The translations under genes and the position numbers were made by a program. Of a DNA stretch of 64,000 bases, positions 22,660 to 35,653 are shown piece by piece. The stretch is from Escherichia coli (GTDB lineage: Bacteria; Pseudomonadota; Gammaproteobacteria; Enterobacterales; Enterobacteriaceae). The stretch's first letter is position 1. Each line of letters opens with the position of its first letter. The notes under the pieces were generated by a model. It made no database searches. It had not been told where the DNA came from and saw nothing but the letters and a program-made list of their open reading frames with translations. Where the stretch lies: the NCBI RefSeq assembly GCF_016026235.1, contig NZ_CP065613.1; one strand, written 5' to 3'.

Positions 22660-24015
22660 TTATTCTGCGAGAACGGCTTTCTCTTGTTTAATAAAACCAC
22701 GCGCTCTACGCCAGGTAATGAAAATACCGGTCAGATAAATTGCGCCGATAATAATGAAACCGGGAATATTTTGCGGGGAGAAAACCTGAATCAGTAACCA
22801 GGTAATGGGAGAACCGCCCTGATCCATTGAAGCCACCATACCCCCGGCTTTTAACGCCCCAGCATTAGCCGCCAGTTGGGTGTGCAAACCAATAGTTTGC
22901 GTCGCGATCCACAGAGTGATGCTCATGATGATGACACCCGAGATTAAGGTGCGGAACAGATTTCCACGATGCACGGCGACTGCCATCGCCACAAAGAAGC
23001 CGATGGTGGCAAGATCGCCAAACGGCAGCACCTGATTACCCGGAACACAAACAGCAATTAAAATGGTGAGCGGGATAAAAATCAGGCTTGCCGATACCAC
23101 CGCCGTATGCCCCAGCAGTAATGCGGGATCCAGGCCAATCAGGAACTCCTGACCGCCGAACTTCGCCTGTAAACGACTACGGGCCTGCTTAGCGATGGGC
23201 GTTAAACCATCCATGATGGGTTTAATCACCCGTGGCATTAGCAGCATCACTGCCGCCGTTTTTACCGCCAGCTGCAATACACCTTTGACATCGTAACCCG
23301 CGAGGATGCCGATAATCAGCCCCATCACAAAACCCACGGTGACAGGCTCGCCAAATGGACCAAATTTGCGCTGAATATCGTCGGCGCTAAATTTAATTCG
23401 GTTAACGCCTGGGATTTTCTCGATGATAGCATCGACCAGCACCGCAATCGGCCCCATATACGCCGACGTACCGTGCGGAATAGCAATACCTTCCAGCTCA
23501 AAGAAATTTCGGGTATCGCGGGCAAACCAGTCGCCGAGCTTATAAACAAACGCCGCGTGAATTACCACACCTGCCATCCCTATCATCCATGAACCGGTTG
23601 CCAGATGCAGCAACGCGCCGGTGAAGGTCATATGCCAGATATTCCAGATATCAACATTTACCACCCGCGTCATACGGGTCAGTAACATCGCCACGTTAAC
23701 CAGAATCGCAATCGGAATCGCCACCAGCGCAATTTGCGACGCCCAGGTCATTGGTGAAGAGCCCGGCCAGCCGACATCGACCACATGCAGATTCAGGTCG
23801 AAATTTTCCGCCATCGCTTTCGCCGCCGGACCAATGGAATCCAGCATTAAGCCAATCACAAGGCCAATGCCAACAAAGCCAATCCCGATATGCAGACCCG
23901 CTTTAAAGCAATCGCCTGCCTTCATGCCTAATATTTTAGAAAAAATAATGATGACAATCGGAAGCATCACCGTAGGGCCGAGGTCGAGAATATAACGCAT
24001 GACTTCTGAAAACAT
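22660..24015 (-). CDS. gatC: PTS galactitol-specific EIIC GatC (451 aa)
   Basis: ORF track; polytopic membrane protein; recognised. Confidence 0.9.
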   Translation of the reverse strand: MFSEVMRYILDLGPTVMLPIVIIIFSKILGMKAGDCFKAGLHIGIGFVGIGLVIGLMLDSIGPAAKAMAENFDLNLHVVDVGWPGSSPMTWASQIALVAIPIAILVNVAMLLTRMTRVVNVDIWNIWHMTFTGALLHLATGSWMIGMAGVVIHAAFVYKLGDWFARDTRNFFELEGIAIPHGTSAYMGPIAVLVDAIIEKIPGVNRIKFSADDIQRKFGPFGEPVTVGFVMGLIIGILAGYDVKGVLQLAVKTAAVMLLMPRVIKPIMDGLTPIAKQARSRLQAKFGGQEFLIGLDPALLLGHTAVVSASLIFIPLTILIAVCVPGNQVLPFGDLATIGFFVAMAVAVHRGNLFRTLISGVIIMSITLWIATQTIGLHTQLAANAGALKAGGMVASMDQGGSPITWLLIQVFSPQNIPGFIIIGAIYLTGIFITWRRARGFIKQEKAVLAE

Positions 24016-24018
24016 AGG

Positions 24019-24303
24019 TCACCCCTGTAAGATAGTCAGAATTTTATTTTGTAATGCTTCGATACCGACACCAGAAATAAAAGGCATGCCGTGAACTAAC
24101 GGAATATCGCCAAAACTACGATCCACTTTGGCAGTGGTGCATATCAAATGCACACCATCCATATAGGTTTCTATTTCATTAACCCGACACTGGATTAATT
24201 CAACAGGAATATTATGATTCTGACACAACTCTTTAATTTCTTCTGCCGCCATCGTAGAGGTCGCAACCGCGCCTCCGCAAGCGACAATAATCTTGCGTTT
24301 CAT
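24019..24303 (-). CDS. gatB: PTS galactitol-specific EIIB GatB (94 aa)
   Basis: ORF track; operon context. Confidence 0.88.
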   Translation of the reverse strand: MKRKIIVACGGAVATSTMAAEEIKELCQNHNIPVELIQCRVNEIETYMDGVHLICTTAKVDRSFGDIPLVHGMPFISGVGIEALQNKILTILQG

Positions 24304-24333
24304 AAATAGTCCTTTTTATTGTTACAGAGGGAT

Positions 24334-24786
24334 TTATTCGTCTGAATCTAAAACATACTTTGTGAAGTATTCCTTTAACTGGGTTTCAGGAAGAGTGATT
24401 AGTGTCTCGACGATATCGGGCTGTTGTAACTTGCCAAATAAACAGCGTAAAAGTTTCAATTGCTGCTGCGGATTTTCCACAATCAACGCAATAACCAACG
24501 ATACCTCCACGTCGTTATCATCATCCGCTTGCTGAAAATGAACTTTATTTGTTGGCCTTAACAGATAAATGGCTGACGACTTAGCATGAATCGCCTCACA
24601 ATGCGGTATTGCAATGGCGTGCTGCTCAAGCATTATCCCGGTAGGGAATTCTGCTTCTCTGGCAATTAATGCCTGTGGCCAGGTATCATGAACCACACCT
24701 TTGGCGAGCATCTCATTACCGATATGGGTTAAAACTTCGCTACGATCGACAAAAGAAATTCCGCTACGAACAAACAGGTTAGTCAT
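24334..24786 (-). CDS. gatA: PTS galactitol-specific EIIA GatA (150 aa)
   Basis: ORF track; operon context. Confidence 0.88.
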   Translation of the reverse strand: MTNLFVRSGISFVDRSEVLTHIGNEMLAKGVVHDTWPQALIAREAEFPTGIMLEQHAIAIPHCEAIHAKSSAIYLLRPTNKVHFQQADDDNDVEVSLVIALIVENPQQQLKLLRCLFGKLQQPDIVETLITLPETQLKEYFTKYVLDSDE

Positions 24787-24795
24787 ATACCGTCC

Positions 24796-26995
<2,200 letters not shown>

Positions 26996-27099
26996 TTAAA
27001 TATCGAGATAACGATCACAAAAACGACAATATGAAAATTGTTCGAGGAGTGAAAGGCAAAAAAACGGCCTCCCGATAGGGAAGCCGTAGCAAAGTGCGC

Positions 27100-27245
27100 G
27101 TGTTTTTATGCCGGATGCGGTGTAAACATACGTGGCAGTGCTATGTAGGCATGATAAGACGCTTCCGCGTCGCATCAGGCATAGGTTGCCGGATGCAGTG
27201 TAAACGCCTTATCCGTCCTACGGGGTGGTGTTGTTCGTATAAGGC
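27100..27245 (+). repeat. BIME / cluster of REP elements
   Basis: Several alternating-orientation GCCGGATGCGG...TTATCCGGCCTAC-type palindromic units between gatY and fbaB. Confidence 0.7.
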
Positions 27246-27248
27246 GTA

Positions 27249-28301
27249 TCAGGCAATAGTAATTTTGCTATCGAGATAAACGTCCTGCACGGCGTTAATC
27301 AGTTTCACGCCGTCAGCCATCGATTTCTTGAACGCCTTACGTCCAAGAATCAGCCCCATTCCGCCAGCGCGTTTGTTGATAACCGCAGTACGCACTGCAT
27401 CACTGAGGTCAGTTTCACCGCCTGCAGCACCGCCGGAGTTTATCAACCCAGCCCGGCCCATATAGCAGTTAGCTAACTGATAACGCACCAGATCAATCGG
27501 GTTTTCGCTGGTTAACTTGCTGTACACGCGATCGTCGGTATAACCGTAATTAATCGCTTTATAGCCGCCGTTATTTTCCGCCATTTTTTGTTTGACGATA
27601 TCTGCGCCGATGGTTGCCGCCAGATGGTTTGCCTGACCGGTCAGGTCGGCGGAAACATGGTAATCAACGCCATCTTTCTTAAAGGCGGAGTTACGCAAAT
27701 AGGCCCACAGCACGGTCACCATGCCCAGCTCATGCGCACGTTCAAAAGCCGCAGAAATTTCTTCAATCTGGCGACGTGACTCTTCCGAGCCAAAATAGAT
27801 AGTCGCACCAACCGCCACCGCGCCCATGTTGAAAGCCTGCTCCACGCTGGCATACAGCGTTTGATCGTAGGTATTCGGGTAACTTAGCGTCTCGTTGTGA
27901 TTAAGTTTGACGAGAAATGGAATGCGATGCGCATAGCGCCGCGATACCGACGCCAACACGCCGTAAGTTGATGCCACACAGTTACAGCCCGCTTCGATCG
28001 CCAGTTCAACAATGTTTTTCGGGTCAAAGTAGAGCGGGTTAGCAGCAAATGAAGCTCCGGCAGAGTGCTCAACGCCCTGGTCAACCGGCAGAATAGAAAG
28101 ATATCCTGTGCCAGCCAGACGCCCGGTGTTGTACAACGTCTGCATATTACGTAACACCGCTGGCGGGCGATTATTGTCAATCATTACGCGGTCTACGTAG
28201 TCATGTCCGGGGAGATAAAGCTGGTCAGAAGGAATTGTCATACAACGGTGCTGTAAAAGGTTGTCGGCGTCTTTGCCAAGCAACTGCGCAATATCTGTCA
28301 T
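27249..28301 (-). CDS. fbaB: Class I fructose-bisphosphate aldolase FbaB (350 aa)
   Basis: ORF track 27249-28373; start trimmed to [10 protein letters not shown]. Confidence 0.88.
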
Positions 28302-28557
28302 TACTATGCTCCCGTAAATTCCGATTGGATATCGGCTATGGATTGTCCTGGCCCGCCTTTTGCGGGCAATCATAATCCTGGTCGTTACGGGCGAGTTTTT
28401 CCATCTTTTGGATGTTTTTTCAGCGTTTTCTGTTGGCTCGATTCATCAGAAAAAATGTTAGCGCGGTCAAGTTTTCACCGTAAAGGCATTTAAAAGGTAT
28501 TATTAAGTGGTATTGTCATCGCGTACCTTACATTACCTGTCATGAAGGAATTAAAAG

Positions 28558-29835
28558 ATGAAAACAACAGCAAAGCTGTCGTTCATGATGTTTGTTGAAT
28601 GGTTTATCTGGGGCGCGTGGTTTGTGCCATTGTGGTTGTGGTTAAGTAAAAGCGGTTTTAGTGCCGGAGAAATTGGCTGGTCGTATGCCTGTACCGCCAT
28701 TGCGGCGATCCTGTCGCCAATTCTGGTTGGCTCCATCACTGACCGCTTTTTCTCGGCGCAAAAAGTGCTGGCGGTATTGATGTTCGCAGGCGCGCTGCTG
28801 ATGTATTTCGCTGCGCAACAGACCACTTTTGCCGGGTTCTTTCCGTTACTGCTGGCTTACTCTCTAACCTATATGCCGACCATTGCGCTGACTAACAGCA
28901 TCGCTTTTGCCAACGTGCCGGATGTGGAGCGTGATTTCCCGCGCATTCGTGTGATGGGCACTATCGGCTGGATTGCCTCCGGTCTGGCATGTGGTTTCTT
29001 GCCGCAAATACTGGGGTATGCCGATATCTCACCGACTAACATCCCGCTGCTGATTACCGCCGGAAGTTCTGCTCTGCTCGGTGTGTTTGCGTTTTTCCTG
29101 CCCGACACGCCACCAAAAAGCACCGGCAAAATGGATATTAAAGTCATGCTCGGCCTGGATGCGCTGATCCTGCTGCGCGATAAAAACTTCCTCGTCTTTT
29201 TCTTCTGTTCATTCCTGTTTGCGATGCCACTGGCGTTCTATTACATCTTTGCCAACGGTTATCTGACCGAAGTCGGCATGAAAAATGCCACCGGCTGGAT
29301 GACGCTCGGCCAGTTCTCTGAAATATTCTTTATGCTGGCATTACCGTTTTTCACTAAACGCTTTGGTATCAAAAAGGTATTATTTCTTGGTCTGGTCACC
29401 GCTGCGATCCGCTATGGCTTCTTTATTTACGGTAGTGCGGATGAATATTTCACCTACGCGTTACTGTTCCTCGGTATTTTGCTTCACGGCGTAAGTTACG
29501 ATTTTTACTACGTTACCGCTTACATCTATGTCGATAAAAAAGCCCCCGTGCATATGCGTACCGCCGCGCAGGGGCTGATCACGCTCTGCTGCCAGGGCTT
29601 CGGCAGTTTGCTCGGCTATCGTCTTGGCGGTGTGATGATGGAAAAGATGTTCGCTTATCAGGAACCGGTAAACGGACTGACTTTCAACTGGTCCGGGATG
29701 TGGACTTTTGGCGCGGTGATGATTGCCATTATCGCCGTGCTGTTCATGATTTTTTTCCGCGAATCCGACAACGAAATTACGGCTATCAAGGTCGATGATC
29801 GCGATATTGCGTTGACACAAGGGGAAGTTAAATGA
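28558..29835 (+). CDS. yegT: MFS nucleoside transporter family protein YegT (425 aa)
   Basis: ORF track; 12-TM protein; recognised. Confidence 0.85.
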   Translation: MKTTAKLSFMMFVEWFIWGAWFVPLWLWLSKSGFSAGEIGWSYACTAIAAILSPILVGSITDRFFSAQKVLAVLMFAGALLMYFAAQQTTFAGFFPLLLAYSLTYMPTIALTNSIAFANVPDVERDFPRIRVMGTIGWIASGLACGFLPQILGYADISPTNIPLLITAGSSALLGVFAFFLPDTPPKSTGKMDIKVMLGLDALILLRDKNFLVFFFCSFLFAMPLAFYYIFANGYLTEVGMKNATGWMTLGQFSEIFFMLALPFFTKRFGIKKVLFLGLVTAAIRYGFFIYGSADEYFTYALLFLGILLHGVSYDFYYVTAYIYVDKKAPVHMRTAAQGLITLCCQGFGSLLGYRLGGVMMEKMFAYQEPVNGLTFNWSGMWTFGAVMIAIIAVLFMIFFRESDNEITAIKVDDRDIALTQGEVK

Positions 29836-30836
29836 AAACAGAACGTATTCTCGGTGCTCTTTATGGGCAGGCGTTAGGGGATGCGATGGGGATGCCCTCC
29901 GAGCTTTGGCCACGCAGCCGCGTTAAAGCACACTTTGGCTGGATTGACCGTTTTCTGCCTGGACCAAAGGAGAATAACGCGGCCTGTTATTTTAACCGCG
30001 CCGAATTCACCGACGATACCTCGATGGCGCTGTGTCTGGCGGATGCGTTGCTGGAACGTAAAGGCAAGATCGATCCGGATCTGATTGGGCGTAATATCCT
30101 CGACTGGGCGCTGCGTTTCGACGCCTTCAACAAAAACGTGCTAGGTCCGACCTCGAAGATTGCGCTTAACGCCATTCGCGACGGTAAACCCGTTGCTGAA
30201 CTGGAAAACAACGGCGTAACCAACGGCGCAGCGATGCGCGTCTCGCCATTAGGTTGTTTGCTTCCGGCGCGCGATGTTGATTCCTTTATTGATGATGTGG
30301 CGCTGGCGTCGAGCCCGACCCATAAATCCGATCTGGCAGTTGCAGGTGCGGTAGTCATCGTATGGGCGATTTCTCGTGCTATTGACGGAGAAAGCTGGTC
30401 AGCGATTGTTGATTCACTGCCTTCAATTGCGCGACATGCCCAGCAAAAACGCACCACCACGTTCAGCGCCTCACTGGCGGCGCGGCTGGAGATTGCGCTG
30501 AAAATTGTGCGCAATGCCGACGGCACCGAATCCGCCAGCGAACAGCTTTACCAGGTCGTTGGCGCAGGTACCAGCACTATTGAGTCCGTTCCGTGCGCCA
30601 TTGCGCTGGTTGAACTGGCACAAACCGACCCGAACCGTTGCGCCGTCCTCTGCGCTAACCTTGGCGGCGATACAGACACCATCGGTGCTATGGCGACGGC
30701 AATCTGCGGCGCGTTGCATGGCATTAACGCTATCGATCCTGCGTTAAAGGCGGAGCTGGATGCGGTAAATCAGCTTGATTTCAACCGCTATGCCACAGCG
30801 CTGGCGAAATATCGTCAACAACGGGAGGCGGTATGA
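29832..30836 (+). CDS. yegU: ADP-ribosylglycohydrolase-family protein YegU (334 aa)
   Basis: ORF track; overlaps yegT by 4 bp. Confidence 0.85.
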   Translation: MKTERILGALYGQALGDAMGMPSELWPRSRVKAHFGWIDRFLPGPKENNAACYFNRAEFTDDTSMALCLADALLERKGKIDPDLIGRNILDWALRFDAFNKNVLGPTSKIALNAIRDGKPVAELENNGVTNGAAMRVSPLGCLLPARDVDSFIDDVALASSPTHKSDLAVAGAVVIVWAISRAIDGESWSAIVDSLPSIARHAQQKRTTTFSASLAARLEIALKIVRNADGTESASEQLYQVVGAGTSTIESVPCAIALVELAQTDPNRCAVLCANLGGDTDTIGAMATAICGALHGINAIDPALKAELDAVNQLDFNRYATALAKYRQQREAV

Positions 30837-31798
30837 GCGGCGCTCGATTACACACGCTGCTGCCTGAATTAACCACGCGTCAGTCGGTGATGGTCGTCGG
30901 CGCGGCGGTCATTGACGTGATCGCCGACGCTTATGCCCTCCCCTGGCGTGGGTGCGATATCGAACTGAAACAGCAGAGCGTTAACGTTGGCGGCTGCGCA
31001 CTGAATATTGCCGTGGCGTTAAAGCGCCTCGGCATCGAAGCGGGTAATGCCTTGCCGCTCGGTCAGGGGGTATGGGCGGAGATTATTCGCAACCGGATGG
31101 CGAAAGAGGGGTTAATCAGCCTGATCGATAACGCCGAAGGCGATAACGGCTGGTGTCTGGCGCTGGTTGAGCCGGATGGCGAACGTACTTTTATGTCATT
31201 CAGCGGTGTGGAAAATCAGTGGAATCGCCAGTGGCTGGCGCGATTAACCGTTGCGCCTGGCAACCTGCTCTATTTTTCCGGTTATCAACTGGCCTCGCCC
31301 TGCGGCGAATTGTTAGTGGAATGGCTGGAAGAGCTGCAAGACGTGACGCCGTTTATCGATTTTGGCCCACGTATTGGCGATATCCCGGACGCATTACTGG
31401 CGCGGATCATGGCCTGTCGACCTTTAGTGTCACTCAATCGTCAAGAGGCTGAGATTGCCGCCGAACGTTTTGCTTTATCCGCAGAGATAACAACACTTGG
31501 CAAGCAATGGCAGGAGAAATTTGCCGCGCCGTTGATCGTTCGTCTCGATAAAGAAGGCGCATGGTATTTCAGCAACGACGCTTCTGGCTGCATTCCGGCA
31601 TTTCCAACGCAAGTTGTCGACACCATTGGGGCGGGCGACAGTCATGCCGGTGGCGTACTTGCCGGGCTGGCCTCTGGTCTGCCACTGGCGGATGCCGTAT
31701 TACTGGGCAATGCAGTGGCGTCGTGGGTTGTCGGGCATCGGGGCGGTGATTGTGCGCCAACGCGCGAGGAACTACTCCTCGCACACAAAAACGTATAG
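30833..31798 (+). CDS. yegV: PfkB-family sugar/nucleoside kinase YegV (321 aa)
   Basis: ORF track; overlaps yegU by 4 bp; GAGD motif near C-terminus. Confidence 0.85.
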   Translation: MSGARLHTLLPELTTRQSVMVVGAAVIDVIADAYALPWRGCDIELKQQSVNVGGCALNIAVALKRLGIEAGNALPLGQGVWAEIIRNRMAKEGLISLIDNAEGDNGWCLALVEPDGERTFMSFSGVENQWNRQWLARLTVAPGNLLYFSGYQLASPCGELLVEWLEELQDVTPFIDFGPRIGDIPDALLARIMACRPLVSLNRQEAEIAAERFALSAEITTLGKQWQEKFAAPLIVRLDKEGAWYFSNDASGCIPAFPTQVVDTIGAGDSHAGGVLAGLASGLPLADAVLLGNAVASWVVGHRGGDCAPTREELLLAHKNV

Positions 31799-32518
31799 AT
31801 CGCTGCGACAGTGGCTAATGCTGTACTCAATAGGCCGTTGCTGTTGGTCAAGCGCCACTTGCTTGATCACCAGCACCGGTATTTTGCTATCTAACTGAAT
31901 ATGTGACTGAAACTCGGCATCCGGCATCCGGGCGCTAACGCGGGAACGCGTACGTTGTGGGTAAATGTGCTGGCTGCGGAAATAGTCATAAAGTGAAATC
32001 CCGATGGCATCAACATCATGAATTAAATGCGCCGGAACCCACGATTCCTCAATCGATACCGCTTCTTCATCGACATAGCGAATACGCTTAAGCAAAAAGA
32101 CATCACTTCCTGCTTCGACCGCCAGCTGCTGCGCGACTTCTTCGGGACATTTCACGACACGCTTGTTAACCCATAGCGTATCGGGCTTTTTCCCGCGCAA
32201 TACCACCTGCTGAGAAAAACCTCGCGCTTCTTTCAACGAGTATTCGAAGATGTTGTTGATCTGCGTGCCGTAACCGCGCGAACGCGTCACCACACCCTCT
32301 TCTTCCAGCGCCTGCATCGCCTTGCGCACCGTAATGCGCGAAACGCCGGTTAACTGACTTAAATCACGCTCACCGGGCAAAATATTGCCATGCTCCAGCA
32401 CCCCGCTGCGCACGGCATTTTTTACCGTTTCGGCAAACTTAATATAAAGCGGCGTGTTATCCGCCGCTAAAATACGCTCGTTCAGTTGGGCAATCAGCTG
32501 GGTATGCGCTTGTTCCAT
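31772..32518 (-). CDS. yegW: GntR/HutC-family transcriptional regulator YegW (248 aa)
   Basis: ORF track; N-terminal HTH; convergent with yegV. Confidence 0.85.
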   Translation of the reverse strand: MEQAHTQLIAQLNERILAADNTPLYIKFAETVKNAVRSGVLEHGNILPGERDLSQLTGVSRITVRKAMQALEEEGVVTRSRGYGTQINNIFEYSLKEARGFSQQVVLRGKKPDTLWVNKRVVKCPEEVAQQLAVEAGSDVFLLKRIRYVDEEAVSIEESWVPAHLIHDVDAIGISLYDYFRSQHIYPQRTRSRVSARMPDAEFQSHIQLDSKIPVLVIKQVALDQQQRPIEYSISHCRSDLYVFVCEE

Positions 32519-32569
32519 TTGTCTTTTTCCTGCCGGGGAGTCTGGTGGGAGTATATCACTGCTTCTTAT

Positions 32570-33397
32570 TTAAGGCGTTTCTTTAATCCCATCAACGAAT
32601 GCCTGCAACTCCTCCACCGTGCCATTAAATACATTAAAATCCACCGGACCATTGATGCCATCTACCTGTCCACGGTCGGAATGCTGCCAGAAGCGCCAGG
32701 CCATGCCGTCATTGTCCGGACGACGTTGATAATAGTGAGCCACCCACCACGGATATTCATTGAAATAGCCCGCCAGATTGGTGTGATAAAAAACGGCTCC
32801 TGAGTAAATAATCGGCTTTTTTCCCGTACTTTTTTCGACCATTTTTAGCCACTGACTTACTCGTTTGCGTAATTCTTTTGCCGATAATTTTCCCCGTTCT
32901 TCTACGTCCAGTACCGCAGGGAAATCGCCTTGTGAGAAATCCACCGTTTGCAGAAATAATCGTGCCTGAACCGGCGCTGCTACCGACGGGGAGAAATAAT
33001 GATACGCCCCGCGCAGCAGGCCATTTTCGCGGCTTAGTTGCCAGTTACGCGAAAAATACGGGTCCACCAGCTTTTCGCCTTCCGTCGCCTTAATAAAAGC
33101 AAACTGTAAGCGGATACCGTTGTCGCGCATTTTTGCCACCCGCTGCCAGTCGATCCGCTCCTGCCAGCGAGAAACATCTATTCCGTGAATGGTGTAACTG
33201 GCAGGAATGCGAATAGCGAAAGATTTAACCGGGCGATAACCGTAGAAATGGATGTAGTCTGTAATCTGAACTGCTGTCGAATAGAAAAAATTCACCGTCT
33301 GACGCGGATAAATTGCAACGATGGAAATTAGCCCAAGAGCGCATAATAGAGAGGTGAGTTTTTTTCGACTGGTAATTCTTAGCTGCATTGGTTTCAT
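32570..33397 (-). CDS. yegX: Glycoside hydrolase family 25 (lysozyme-like) protein YegX
   Basis: ORF track 275 aa; N-terminal signal/TM segment; true start may be a few codons downstream. Confidence 0.8.
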   Translation of the reverse strand: MKPMQLRITSRKKLTSLLCALGLISIVAIYPRQTVNFFYSTAVQITDYIHFYGYRPVKSFAIRIPASYTIHGIDVSRWQERIDWQRVAKMRDNGIRLQFAFIKATEGEKLVDPYFSRNWQLSRENGLLRGAYHYFSPSVAAPVQARLFLQTVDFSQGDFPAVLDVEERGKLSAKELRKRVSQWLKMVEKSTGKKPIIYSGAVFYHTNLAGYFNEYPWWVAHYYQRRPDNDGMAWRFWQHSDRGQVDGINGPVDFNVFNGTVEELQAFVDGIKETP

Positions 33398-33452
33398 CCC
33401 TGAATGTCAGTGCCAAAGGCTGACAATAACCAAAGCAGCTATAGTACGGTGC

Positions 33453-34253
33453 TCACCACCAGGCGTGGAAGTGGTGAACCGGACCAATACCGTGACCAAC
33501 TTCCAGCGTGTCGGCCTGGGCTAATGCTGATGAAAGCCAGCTTTTTGCCTCCTGTACGGTGTCAGCCCAGTTTGTATGGCGCGGACGTAGTGCAGCCAAC
33601 GCCGCAGAGAGCGTACAACCAGTGCCGTGGGTGTTTTTGGTCATAATGCGCGGTGCGGTAAACCGTTGTTCACCCTCGCGGGTAAACAGCCAGTCCGGGC
33701 TTTGCTCATCATCCAGATGACCACCTTTCATTAGCACTGCGCCACAGCCCATCGCCAACAGCGATCGCCCTTGTTCCAGCATTTCCTGTTCGGTGCGCGC
33801 GTGTGGCGCGTCGAGCAAGGCGGCAGCTTCGGGCAAGTTTGGCGTTATTAATGAAACCTGTGGCAATAATCGACTGCGCAGCGTAGCAACCGCCGAAGGT
33901 GAAAGCAGCGGGTCGCCGCTTTTTGCCAGCATAACGGTGTCGAGTACCACGTTTTGGATCTGATAACGTTGCAACCGTTCTGCCACCGCTTCAACAATAT
34001 CGGTTTCCGCCAACATACCGATTTTAGTGGTGTCGATTCGCACATCGCTGAACACCGAATCGAGCTGGGCGGCGACAAAATCAGGCTCAATGCGATACAC
34101 CGACTGTACGCCACGGGTATTTTGCGCCACCAGTGCAGTAATAACTGAGCAACCATAAGCGCCAAGTGCCGAGAAGGTTTTAAGATCGGCCTGAATCCCC
34201 GCACCACCACTCGGATCAGTACCGGCAATCGTCAGAGCGTTAATTCGTTTCAT
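33453..34253 (-). CDS. thiD: Hydroxymethylpyrimidine/phosphomethylpyrimidine kinase ThiD (266 aa)
   Basis: ORF track; overlaps thiM by 4 bp. Confidence 0.9.
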   Translation of the reverse strand: MKRINALTIAGTDPSGGAGIQADLKTFSALGAYGCSVITALVAQNTRGVQSVYRIEPDFVAAQLDSVFSDVRIDTTKIGMLAETDIVEAVAERLQRYQIQNVVLDTVMLAKSGDPLLSPSAVATLRSRLLPQVSLITPNLPEAAALLDAPHARTEQEMLEQGRSLLAMGCGAVLMKGGHLDDEQSPDWLFTREGEQRFTAPRIMTKNTHGTGCTLSAALAALRPRHTNWADTVQEAKSWLSSALAQADTLEVGHGIGPVHHFHAWW

Positions 34254-35038
34254 GCCTGCACCTCCTGCGTCAATTGCCAGAGCGCATCAAGGAAATGTGG
34301 AACAAAACTGCCTGGCCCCTCGCTTCTGGCGACTGCGCGTTCTCCGGCTTGTTTCATCCAGTGACAGGCAGATGCGACATTTTCCAGCGTATCGCCTGGT
34401 AACGCACAGCAGGCAGCGACAACCGCCGATAATGCACAGCCAGTTCCTACCACTTTGGTCATTAACGGATCGCCACCGTGAATACCAATGATACGATGTC
34501 CATCGGTAACATAATCCATCTCGCCAGTGACCACGACGATTGCGCCAGTTTCCCGTGCCAGTGTTTGTGCAGCGGGTATCGCGTTAGCTGCGGCGTCAGT
34601 GGTATCCACTCCCCGTCCACCATTAGCAATGCCAGCTAATGCCATGATTTCCGAAGCATTACCACGTATGGCGGTTGGCTTATGAGACAGAAGTTCCAGA
34701 CAAAAACGGCGGCGATAATCGAGTGCACCAACCGCTACTGGATCAAGCGTCCAGGGTGTTTGAGAGCTTTTTGCTTGCTCAACGGCGGCACACATCGACT
34801 GTGCGCGTAGCTGCGTCAGCGTGCCAACGTTAATCAGCAACGCACTAGCAATAGCCGCAAACTGACTGGCCTCTTCGGTTTCGATAACCATCGCTGGCGA
34901 TGCACCGAGCGCCAGCAAGGTATTGGCAGTAAAGGTTTGCACCACATCGTTGGTCATGCAGTGCACAAGAGGGGAATGTTGGTGAAAAAGGTGTAACGCG
35001 TGCGCAGATTGCGCTGAACTCAGCAGGTCGACTTGCAT
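34250..35038 (-). CDS. thiM: Hydroxyethylthiazole kinase ThiM (262 aa)
   Basis: ORF track; recognised; preceded by a thi-box leader. Confidence 0.9.
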   Translation of the reverse strand: MQVDLLSSAQSAHALHLFHQHSPLVHCMTNDVVQTFTANTLLALGASPAMVIETEEASQFAAIASALLINVGTLTQLRAQSMCAAVEQAKSSQTPWTLDPVAVGALDYRRRFCLELLSHKPTAIRGNASEIMALAGIANGGRGVDTTDAAANAIPAAQTLARETGAIVVVTGEMDYVTDGHRIIGIHGGDPLMTKVVGTGCALSAVVAACCALPGDTLENVASACHWMKQAGERAVARSEGPGSFVPHFLDALWQLTQEVQA

Positions 35039-35044
35039 AGTTTG

Positions 35045-35185
35045 CTCCTGCCATAACGTGAAGAAGCAATGACCTGGTGGTCCGTGACTTCCCTACGCTG
35101 GCATTATCCAGATCAGGTAATACGGGTATTTCTCAGCCTTCACGCAGAAGGGCACCCCGAGTCGTTTGGTTGCGATGATAAATCG
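35045..35185 (-). promoter_or_regulatory. TPP (thi-box) riboswitch in the thiM leader
   Basis: Minus strand contains CTGGGGTGCCCTTCTGCGTGAAGGCTGAGAAATACCCGTATCACCTGATCTGGATAATGCCAGCGTAGGGAA, the canonical thiM riboswitch core as I recall it. Confidence 0.7.
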
Positions 35186-35260
35186 CAGAGGAGGATGGTA
35201 ATGTCCAGCGCACGCGTTGTAAACGAGGAAAAACGGCAGTTTTACAATCGCGTTAATAAA

Positions 35261-35533
35261 TTATTTGATATATGAATCCAGCACCTTCAGAACGACATCC
35301 AGATCTTCTTCACGTTTTAGCTCATCCCCCTGGTGAACGATGTGTTCCGTCAGATGACCTTTAATCACTTCCCGCATCAGACCGTTTACCGCGCCACGGA
35401 TAGCAGCAATCTGTTGTAAAACTGCAGCGCATTCGTGCGGCTCGTCGAGCATTTTCTTGAGCGCCACGACCTGGCCCTGAATCTTACTGGCACGCGCTTT
35501 CAGTTTCTGTTTATCACGGATTGTATGAGACAT
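35261..35533 (-). CDS. rcnR: Ni/Co-responsive repressor RcnR (90 aa)
   Basis: ORF track; CsoR/RcnR family; divergent from rcnA. Confidence 0.88.
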
Positions 35534-35581
35534 GGCAACACCTGGTTAACAAGAATATGAAAAATCATAGCACTATTAATC

Positions 35582-35616
35582 TACTGGGGGGTAGTATCAG
35601 GTACTGGGGGGGAGTA
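35582..35616 (+). promoter_or_regulatory. Two RcnR operator sites in the rcnR-rcnA intergenic region
   Basis: TACTGGGGGGTAGTA (35582-35596) and TACTGGGGGGGAGTA (35602-35616) fit the TACT-G6-N-AGTA operator type. Confidence 0.65.
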
Positions 35617-35653
35617 GAATCAGATTGCCGAATTAATACTAAGAATTATTATC

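Noticed and set aside
35069-35275. 68-aa (+) ORF between thiM and rcnR
   Set aside because: Lies on the strand opposite the thiM TPP riboswitch; the structured RNA explains the conservation
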